This document shows, piece after piece, positions 57,309-64,000 of a stretch of 64,000 bases of DNA (within the stretch, counting starts at the first letter, position 1; the number at the start of each line of letters is the position of its first letter). The DNA comes from an uncultured Lachnospiraceae bacterium (lineage in GTDB: Bacteria; Bacillota; Clostridia; Lachnospirales; CAG-274). The notes below the pieces were generated by a model, which was not told the DNA's origin, searched no databases, and worked only from the letters and a program-made list of their open reading frames with translations. Position numbers and translations under genes: made by a program. The stretch covers positions 884-64,883 of the forward strand of contig CAYMAA010000001.1 of the NCBI GenBank assembly GCA_964388305.1, read 5' to 3'.

Positions 57309-57337
57309 TTGACAAAGCTGTATAAATAAACTATAAT
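57309..57337 (+). promoter_or_regulatory. consensus sigma-A promoter, divergent from the RHH gene
   Basis: TTGACA (57309-57314), a 17-nt spacer, then TATAAT (57332-57337). This implies a leader of about 285 nt before the ATG at 57628. Confidence 0.55.
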
Positions 57338-57627
57338 AACACTATCAAGTTACGTTAAACGAACATAAAACACCGGTTTTCAATTATATTTATTTTAGCA
57401 TATATCATCTATTATTACAATAACGGAGAATGTTTGAGCAAGTAATAATATAGCCTTCAGAGCTATCCTTTATATAAATAACAAAAAAGCTCTGCTGTCA
57501 AATGTATAAGAAAAACTTGAGATGCATGGCTGCCAAAGAATGGGGGTGGAAAATATATTTAAGATAATTAACGGATTTGAGTAAATATATTTTGTATTAA
57601 AAACAAATTTTTTGAGGAGGAAGAATT

Positions 57628-58779
57628 ATGTTAAAGAAAATTAAGGAAAGAAACGGGCGGTTTCTTAAATCCGCAGTATGTAAAGCTGTATTTTGTGTTT
57701 TGGGAGCTTTTGTTATGACCTCCTGCGGAAATACAAGGGTTAATCTTGAAGATTACACGGATGTTGAGTTTTACGGCGGTGACGGTTACGGCAAGGCAAA
57801 GTTGAATTTTGACCGAAGCGAGCTTGTTAACCTGCTTACATACGACCCAAACAGCGATACGGTGAGTATTACTACGGAAATTGCGTTGGACGATTTAGAT
57901 GTTGAGGTAAGCCCTAAAGAGGGGCTTAAAAACGGCGATATTGTTACAGTTACTTACACCTATCCCGAAAGCCTTGAAAAGCTTTTCAAGGTTAAGCTTT
58001 CGCCAAAAAGCGGAGGTTCCTTTACTAAGACGGTTGAGGGACTTGAAAAGGTTGGAACGATTGATTTGTTTGAAGATATTGAGTCTCAAATTACATTTAG
58101 CGACACAGCTCCTTTCACAAGCCTTCAGGTTGCAAATAATGATAAATTTCCAAATATCAGTTATATTCCCGATAAATCAGTCAATATATCCAATGGTGAT
58201 GAAATTACCGTAACCGTTAAGGGCAGAGGCGGTTCCGGCGATTTTACACAGTTTTGTGTTGAAAATTTTAATGCTGTGCCCGAAAAGACGGAATACAAGT
58301 TTACCGTAAGCGGACTTGATTCTTATTTGGTTAAGCTTGATGACTTTTCCGCTGAGAATTTGGATATTTTAAAGAGCAAGGCACAGGAAATAATAAACTC
58401 CGCTTATGCAAGCTCCGAAAAGACCATTAACAGCAGTGAATATTTGGGCAGCTGCCTGCAGGTGGGGAAAACCGATGGAGTTTATACATCATCCCATAAT
58501 AAGCTTTCACTTATTTATAAGTTTAATGAAACCAATAAGGACGGAGCCTTTGATGTTTATTATTATGTTATGTTTAAAGATGTAATTATACTTGCTGACG
58601 GAACGCTTGATGTAAATTATGATTTAAACACGGAAACAGCGGCTAAAAGCTGGATCAAAGATGAGTATTTTGAAACGGGTAATGACTATTGCGTAGGCTA
58701 CAAAACTCTCGATCAGCTTTTAAATGATAAATTTATAGAGGAAGAGCAATATTATAATTACGAAACGGATTTGAACTAA
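57628..58779 (+). CDS. lipoprotein of unknown function
   Basis: 383 aa with lipobox VMTSCGN and GAGGAGG upstream. I recognise no family. Confidence 0.65.
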   Translation: MLKKIKERNGRFLKSAVCKAVFCVLGAFVMTSCGNTRVNLEDYTDVEFYGGDGYGKAKLNFDRSELVNLLTYDPNSDTVSITTEIALDDLDVEVSPKEGLKNGDIVTVTYTYPESLEKLFKVKLSPKSGGSFTKTVEGLEKVGTIDLFEDIESQITFSDTAPFTSLQVANNDKFPNISYIPDKSVNISNGDEITVTVKGRGGSGDFTQFCVENFNAVPEKTEYKFTVSGLDSYLVKLDDFSAENLDILKSKAQEIINSAYASSEKTINSSEYLGSCLQVGKTDGVYTSSHNKLSLIYKFNETNKDGAFDVYYYVMFKDVIILADGTLDVNYDLNTETAAKSWIKDEYFETGNDYCVGYKTLDQLLNDKFIEEEQYYNYETDLN

Positions 58780-58809
58780 AACCGTTTCGGCAGCATAATA
58801 TGTATAATT

Positions 58810-58845
58810 AAGGAAACCCGCAAAGAGCCGCAGGTTTCCTTTTAT
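58810..58845 (+). terminator. terminator-like hairpin
   Basis: 9-bp stem AAGGAAACC / GGTTTCCTT followed by TTAT. The preceding 16-mer GTATAATTAAGGAAAC is identical to 38071-38086. Confidence 0.45.
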
Positions 58846-58856
58846 AGCGGCAATTT

Positions 58857-60050
58857 TTAAATGTTTATTATTGTGCCTGTGCCGCCGCAGTTGGGGCATG
58901 GCTTCGCAAAGCATTGTTTTAAGGGTATGCCGACTTTTTTTCTTGTAAGCTCTATTAAACCCAAATTGGTAATGCCTGCCACGGAAACGGAAACGGGGTC
59001 TTTTTTTGCCTTTTCCGTTAAAAAGCTTAAAAGGTCTGCTTTATGGCTTTTGTCCGCCATATTTATAAAATCCGCAAGTATCATTCCGGAAATATTTCTT
59101 AAACGGAGCTGTTTAAGTATTTCCTCCGCCGCCTCCATATTGGTTTTAAAAACCGCTGTTTCGTGATCCTTTGTGTTGTTTTTGCCTGTGTTTACGTCTA
59201 TAACCGTCATTGCTTCGGCAGACTCTATAATTATCCACCCTCCGCTTTTAAGCCAAACCTTTGGCTTCAGAGCTTTTTTCAGCTTGTCCTCAATAAAATA
59301 TTCCCTGAAAACTGGTGTTTCCGAAGTATGCACCTTTGGTGTAAAAATGCCCTCGGGGTCTATATAAGTGCGGTAATTTTGCAAATTGTTTGTTACAATT
59401 TCTACTTCTTCATCTGCCGCAAACGCAGCTATTGCGGATAATGCTCTGACGGGACTTTTATACAGGCAGGCAGGGGATTTTTGGTGCTTTCCTTTGGCAA
59501 TAATGCTTTCCAAGTCTGCTTTCAGCTTTTCCGTATCCTCTTTTATTTTGCTGTTTTCAGCAGTTTCAGCCTTTGTACGCAGAATAATGTCATAATGTGA
59601 AAGACCGAGGGAACGCAGCAGCTCTTTCAGCTCTTCCCTGCGTTTTGTATCGTTTATTTTTCGTGAAATGCGTATTTCTCCTTTGCCAAGCATTAATACG
59701 GCATAAGCGCCGCTTAATGAAAGAGCCGTTGTTACCGCGGCTCTTTTATTTTCTTCGGCATATTTTGTTATTTGAACGATTATTTCCTGCCCTGATTTTA
59801 TTTTCAGCCTGTCGTTTTCCCAAAGTGAAAACTCCTTATTGTCTTTATAATATAAAAATACGTTTTTTTCATTTCCCAAATTTATAAAGGCAAAACCGCT
59901 TTTTAATATTCGCATAATTCTGCCAATGTAAATATCTCCTGCATTATAGCTTGCGGAGGGTATTGAGGGAATTACCTCAACAAGCTCTCCGTTTTCCGTC
60001 AATGCGGTTTTAATTATTTCGTCTTTAGCGTCTATTATTACTCTTTTCAT
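58857..60050 (-). CDS. ribonuclease E/G family protein
   Basis: 397 aa with an S1-like N-domain (GDIYIGRIMRILKSGFAFINLG), the Rne/Rng catalytic core (VIDVNTGK) and a C-terminal CPNCGGTG. Confidence 0.8.
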   Translation of the reverse strand: MKRVIIDAKDEIIKTALTENGELVEVIPSIPSASYNAGDIYIGRIMRILKSGFAFINLGNEKNVFLYYKDNKEFSLWENDRLKIKSGQEIIVQITKYAEENKRAAVTTALSLSGAYAVLMLGKGEIRISRKINDTKRREELKELLRSLGLSHYDIILRTKAETAENSKIKEDTEKLKADLESIIAKGKHQKSPACLYKSPVRALSAIAAFAADEEVEIVTNNLQNYRTYIDPEGIFTPKVHTSETPVFREYFIEDKLKKALKPKVWLKSGGWIIIESAEAMTVIDVNTGKNNTKDHETAVFKTNMEAAEEILKQLRLRNISGMILADFINMADKSHKADLLSFLTEKAKKDPVSVSVAGITNLGLIELTRKKVGIPLKQCFAKPCPNCGGTGTIINI

Positions 60051-60170
60051 AAAAATCCCCCGATTATATGCAAAACAAGTCTTATATTGTAAATTTTATA
60101 TATGTAAAACGGATAACTTATATGTTACCCATTTATTTTAACACAGTAAAAGAAATTATACAACGCTTTA

Positions 60171-60967
60171 TTAATTATAAAGTGTAAGAGGGTCGAAGGC
60201 AACTCCGTCTTTTTCCGTTGTAAAGTGCAGGTGTGGCCCCGTTGCCCAGCCGGTCATTCCCGAAAGAGCAACAACATCGCCCTGTTTTACAACATCGCCC
60301 TCCTTTGCAATGTGTTTTGAAAGATGAGCATACAAAACAGTTGTACCTACATCGGTTTGCAGCTTTATATAGTTGCCGTAGCTTTCAGACGTGCCTGCCG
60401 CAGTTATTTTTCCTGCCTGTGCCGCTTTTACGGGTGTGCCTTGGGGTACGGCTATATCCAGTCCGTTATGCACCTCCCCGTTTCCCGTTATAGGACTTGT
60501 CCTTTCACCAAAATAAGACGTTATTGTTCCCCCGTCCACAGGGAAGAGCCAAGGCTTAACACCGTCCGTCAGCTCAATACGAACGGTGTTTACTTGTTTT
60601 TTAGGCTGTTTTCCAGCTCCTTTTCCCTGTTAATTTCATCGGTAATATCCGGAGAAAGGTCGGAGTATACTTCATCGGAATTATCCGAAAAGGAAAGATT
60701 GGCAAACACCTCCGCCGCCCTTTTTTTAAAATCGTAAAGGCTTTGATTTTCGGAAATGGCGGTTTTTATTGTTTCCGTTATATTCTGTGCGGCGGACGAA
60801 TTTATTTTGGATAAAAAAAGAAGCGCCGCAATAATTGTTATGCAAATATTCAGCCTGATTATAAAGCCGCTTCGCTCTGTTTTAGAGGTTCTGCTTGCAG
60901 TATGCCTGCGGTTTCTGTAGGCATTGGTATTTCTTAAAGGTATTCTGTGTTCGTTGCCGTTTTCCAT
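60171..60967 (-). pseudogene. membrane-anchored M23 (LytM) metallopeptidase split by a frameshift in an A6 run
   Basis: ORF 60590..60967 encodes an N-terminal TM anchor and linker. ORF 60171..60539 encodes the M23 domain (HNGLDIAV, PHLHF). The second frame is open back to 60622. One extra A in the run at 60597-60602 would fuse the two ORFs. Confidence 0.6.
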
Positions 60968-61093
60968 TTTATTCCTCCGTCTTGGTATATTTTCTTATTA
61001 TATATATATTTTAAGTATAATTGAAATATAACCAATTTTTTAAGGAATAAAACAGATTTAACCTCATAAGATTTAAGCAGGAGGCTGATACAA

Positions 61094-61915
61094 ATGAATA
61101 AAACGGAAATGATAAAAAAGTATTTTAACAAAAGGACAAGCAGCGAAATTTTAAAAACAGATACAGAGGGCATTAATGAAATAAGAATACGCCGTGATAA
61201 ACCCGTTATTTTAAAAAGCGCCGAAAAAGAGACCGTGTGCGGCTGTATTGTAAACAGTGATGAAATTGAAGAAATTTTGGGGAGAATGACGGAGTTTTCC
61301 GTTTATGCCTTTAACAACAGCATAAGGCAGGGTTTTATAACATTGCAGGGGGGTTACAGAGTTGGCATTGGGGGCAGGGCAGTTATAGACGGAGGCACAA
61401 TTAAAACAATAAAAGATGTAACATCATTAAATATAAGAATACCCAAAAACATAAAAGGCTGCGGAAATGAGGCAGTAAGGCTTTATGAAAATGGCTTTAG
61501 AAATACCCTTATAGTATCTCCTCCCGGCTGCGGAAAAACCACACTGCTGAGGGATATTATAAGGCAGCTCAGCAACGGGGGATATACGGTTGGTGTTTGT
61601 GACGAAAGAGAGGAGCTTAACTGTTTTAACGACTTGGGACTGCGTACCGATGTTGTGGCAGGCTGCGGAAAGGCTGAGGGCATAAGCATACTTGTAAGGG
61701 GTCTTTCTCCCGATATTGTTGCGGCAGACGAGCTTGGAGACGGCAGGGATATTGCGGCAATAAGGGCGGCAGCCTATATGGGGGTGGGTATATTGTGTAC
61801 AATTCATGGAGATGCTGTAAGGGAAGAGCTGAAGCCGTATTTTGACATTTTTATAATTCTTAAGCCCTTAAAGGGAAAAGGGGAAATAAGCGGCATTATA
61901 GATAAGGAGCTTTAA
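61094..61915 (+). CDS. spoIIIAA: stage III sporulation protein AA (ATPase)
   Basis: Walker A SPPGCGKTTLLRDI. 273 aa, first gene of a spoIIIA-type operon, with AGGAGG upstream. Confidence 0.9.
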   Translation: MNKTEMIKKYFNKRTSSEILKTDTEGINEIRIRRDKPVILKSAEKETVCGCIVNSDEIEEILGRMTEFSVYAFNNSIRQGFITLQGGYRVGIGGRAVIDGGTIKTIKDVTSLNIRIPKNIKGCGNEAVRLYENGFRNTLIVSPPGCGKTTLLRDIIRQLSNGGYTVGVCDEREELNCFNDLGLRTDVVAGCGKAEGISILVRGLSPDIVAADELGDGRDIAAIRAAAYMGVGILCTIHGDAVREELKPYFDIFIILKPLKGKGEISGIIDKEL

Positions 61916-61918
61916 TAT

Positions 61919-62431
61919 ATGCTTAAAATTACGGGAGTTTTTATAGTTATAATAAGTGCGTTTTTACTTGGAGAATATTTGGGACTTAAATATGAATTCA
62001 GAAGAAACCAGTTAAACGAATTTGGACTGGGAATAAGCTTTTTAAAAGGGGATATGGAGTTTAGTCTTTCCCCGCTGGCTGTTTGCGCAAAAAAAACAGG
62101 GCAAAGGCTTAAAAAACCCGTTGGGGATATTTTTGAAGAGTTTGCGGCAAGGCTTGATAATGGAGAAAATGTTAGCAAGGCGTGGAGTATGGCTATTGCC
62201 TGCGGTTTTGACGCTACATTTTTAAAGGCTGAGGACGTTGAGGCAATTTATCCGCTGGGTAAAATTTTTGAGGGTATGGAGAGCGAAAAGCAGGAACGGG
62301 GCATAAGGCTTGTTAAGGGATATATTAACGACAAGGTGAGAGAGCTTAACATAGAAATGGCAAAGGTAAGACGCTTATACAGGAGCTTTTCCGTTATATG
62401 CGGAATGTTTATTGCGATTATACTTTTTTAA
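61919..62431 (+). CDS. spoIIIAB: stage III sporulation protein AB
   Basis: 170 aa with TM segments at the N- and C-termini. Its position after spoIIIAA fits. Confidence 0.8.
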   Translation: MLKITGVFIVIISAFLLGEYLGLKYEFRRNQLNEFGLGISFLKGDMEFSLSPLAVCAKKTGQRLKKPVGDIFEEFAARLDNGENVSKAWSMAIACGFDATFLKAEDVEAIYPLGKIFEGMESEKQERGIRLVKGYINDKVRELNIEMAKVRRLYRSFSVICGMFIAIILF

Positions 62432-62442
62432 GGAGGAGAAAT

Positions 62443-62637
62443 ATGGATATACAAATTGTTTTCAGAATAGCCGCTACAGGCATTTTAGTAGCGGTACTTA
62501 ATCAGGTGCTTATAAGGGCAGGCAGAGAAGAACAGGCAATGATGACAACACTGGCAGGCTTGGTGGTTGTTTTATTTTGGCTGATTCAATACATAAGCAG
62601 GCTGTTTGAAGATATGCAGGTTATGTTTAAGCTGTAA
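62443..62637 (+). CDS. spoIIIAC: stage III sporulation protein AC
   Basis: 64 aa, MDIQIVFRIAATGILVAVLNQVLIRAGREEQA. The ATG at 62443 lies after AAGGAGGAG. The ORF-track start at 62398 is rejected. Confidence 0.85.
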   Translation: MDIQIVFRIAATGILVAVLNQVLIRAGREEQAMMTTLAGLVVVLFWLIQYISRLFEDMQVMFKL

Positions 62638-62652
62638 GCCGAGGTGAGTCTT

Positions 62653-63039
62653 ATGAATATTTACAGGATTGCCGCCGTGGGACTTATTGGAGCTGTTCTT
62701 TCCGTCACCTTAAAAAAGCAGTCGCCTGAAATTGCCATGGCTGTTTCCATAATAACCTCGGTAATTATTTTATGGAGCATTATTCCCGGTATTGGGGTTG
62801 TATTTGGACTTTTGGAAAGAATTGAAAAGCTTATGGGCGGAGAGAGCAGCTATGTTAAGCTTATAATTAAAATTGTGGGGGTTGCATACCTTTCCGCTTT
62901 TGGCGCAAAGGTTTGCGGCGACTTTGGAGAAAGCGCCATTGGCGAAAGAATTGAACTGGGAGGAAAGGTTATTATACTTATATTTTCAGTACCTGTTATT
63001 GAGGGACTGTTGGAGGTGCTGGAGGAGTTAATGCCGTAG
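62653..63039 (+). CDS. spoIIIAD: stage III sporulation protein AD
   Basis: About 128 aa and polytopic (MNIYRIAAVGLIGAVLSVTLKKQSPE). Confidence 0.85.
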   Translation: MNIYRIAAVGLIGAVLSVTLKKQSPEIAMAVSIITSVIILWSIIPGIGVVFGLLERIEKLMGGESSYVKLIIKIVGVAYLSAFGAKVCGDFGESAIGERIELGGKVIILIFSVPVIEGLLEVLEELMP

Positions 63040-63045
63040 CTGCTT

Positions 63046-64000
63046 ATGAAAAAAATTTTGTTTTGTTTTGTGCTTTTTATGCTTTTTATGCCTTTATCCG
63101 TAAATGTTTTCGGAAATGATTTTGAAAAAAGCCTTGATGACTGCGATTTTAATTCCGTTGAGGACTATTTAAAAGAAAACGAAGGCATTGATATGGATTT
63201 TGGCGATATGGTATACAGTACCGTACAGGGTGACGGAAACAGTGTGTTTAAAAGGCTTTTAAGCATTGTGGGAGCAAAGGTAAGGGGAGAAACCTATAAA
63301 ACCATAGGCGGATTAAGGTATATTATTGTTGCGGCGGTTTTGGGCGGATTTTTAAAAAATTTAACAAGCTCCTTTGGAGGTACGGATGCGGGGGAAACCG
63401 CCTTTTGGATAAACTATATGGTGGCTGTGGGTTTTGGTATGGGCGCTTTTTTACCTGTTATAGAAGAAACGGTAAGCTATTGCCAAAGCACAGCGGAGCT
63501 TTTAAAGGGCGGTTTGCCGCTTATTCTCACTGCCATAACGGCAAGCGGCAGTCCTGCAAGGGCATACGCCTATAACGGACTTGTTACCGCAAGCTGTGCA
63601 GCCATAGAGGGGGCGGCAGGTACATATTTGGCGCCTGTTTTAGGTCTGTGTGCCGTTATGAATGTTGTAAACAGACTGTCTGAGGAGGCAATGCTGGAAA
63701 AGCTGTATGCTACAGTTAAAAGGTGTATGGAATATTGCATAAAGATAACCGCTGCCGTATTTACATTTATAACCGGCTTAAACGGACTTGCCTCCGGCAT
63801 AGGGGAAAACATTTTGCGTAAAGGCACAAAGGGCGTTATAAAAATGGTTCCCGTTGCCGGAGATATAATAAACGGAAGTGCGGATATGGGTTTTGCTGTT
63901 TTAAATTCCATTAAAAGCGGCATAGGCATTGTTTTTACGGGAGTGGTTATTGCTTTAAGCATTTTGCCTGTTTTAAGGGTAATGATAACGGCATGGACAT
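63046..64000 (+). CDS. spoIIIAE: stage III sporulation protein AE (partial, runs off the window end)
   Basis: My hand translation from the ATG at 63046 stays open to the window end. It gives a signal or TM N-terminus MKKILFCFVLFMLFMPLSVNVFG followed by a polytopic region. It is absent from the ORF track because no stop falls inside the window. Confidence 0.75.
   Translation, partial: MKKILFCFVLFMLFMPLSVNVFGNDFEKSLDDCDFNSVEDYLKENEGIDMDFGDMVYSTVQGDGNSVFKRLLSIVGAKVRGETYKTIGGLRYIIVAAVLGGFLKNLTSSFGGTDAGETAFWINYMVAVGFGMGAFLPVIEETVSYCQSTAELLKGGLPLILTAITASGSPARAYAYNGLVTASCAAIEGAAGTYLAPVLGLCAVMNVVNRLSEEAMLEKLYATVKRCMEYCIKITAAVFTFITGLNGLASGIGENILRKGTKGVIKMVPVAGDIINGSADMGFAVLNSIKSGIGIVFTGVVIALSILPVLRVMITAWT

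Noticed and set aside
61000-61093. An attempt to call sigma-E or sigma-G type sporulation promoters upstream of spoIIIAA. The same was tried for gpr, spoIIR, gerA and spoIID.
   Set aside because: I found only weak partial matches (for example GAATA … CATAAGAT). Their spacing does not fit the consensus, so they cannot be supported from sequence alone.
60934-61173. 79-aa minus-strand ORF spanning the M23 / spoIIIAA divergent region.
   Set aside because: It overlaps the spoIIIAA start and its promoter region. The product is a low-complexity peptide rich in L, K, I and F, so it is not credible.
62398-62442. The ORF-track start for spoIIIAC at 62398.
   Set aside because: It would overlap spoIIIAB by 34 nt and add a non-conserved 15-aa extension. 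The ATG at 62443 has a perfect AAGGAGGAG SD and gives the canonical 64-aa protein.
1-64000. A search for CRISPR arrays, tRNA or rRNA genes, transposases, integrases, restriction-modification systems, toxin-antitoxin pairs and other known defence genes.
   Set aside because: I found no regularly spaced direct repeats, no cloverleaf-like or rRNA-like sequence, and no ORF with recombinase, nuclease or defence motifs that I could recognise. The RHH protein at 56752-57276 has no adjacent small toxin-like partner.

Overview
This is a chromosomal window from a low-GC, endospore-forming Firmicute (Clostridia-like). Most of it is core metabolism and sporulation genes.

Core genes:
- the thrS 5' end
- a complete trpEGDCFBA operon behind a Trp (UGG) T-box
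- rpmH-rnpA-yidD
- a polA-coaE cluster
- pheST behind a Phe (UUC) T-box
- queA, ppdK and an RNase E/G homologue

Sporulation and germination genes:
- gpr and spoIIR
- a GerA-type A/B/C receptor operon
- a SpoIID-like gene
- two polysaccharide deacetylases
- spoIIIAA to spoIIIAE

Accessory content:
- an SLH-anchored surface protein with four cohesin modules, and 42 kb away a dockerin-bearing PL1-like pectate lyase
- a GldA/F/G-like ABC cassette followed by a DUF4340-like gene
- a PhoP/PhoR-like two-component pair
- a split chromate-transporter pair
- a cytoplasmic GH13 enzyme
- an AT-rich islet encoding an RHH-domain protein and a lipoprotein

I saw no rRNA, tRNA, CRISPR array, transposase, integrase or recognisable defence genes.

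Most notable observations:
1. A third T-box leader sits in front of a small lipoprotein ORF that lies between it and thrS.
2. A dispersed repeat family (core AAGGAAACACTGATTAAT) forms 20-bp inverted repeats around the ABC-operon promoter. It also supplies the stop codon of one gene (a weaker copy spans a second stop) and the start codon of gerAA.
3. A membrane-anchored M23 peptidase next to spoIIIA is split by a frameshift in an A6 run.
4. Two tandem long GC-rich hairpins lie downstream of a deacetylase gene.

I cannot identify a clearly novel multi-gene system from sequence alone. The candidates are listed in the findings with tests.
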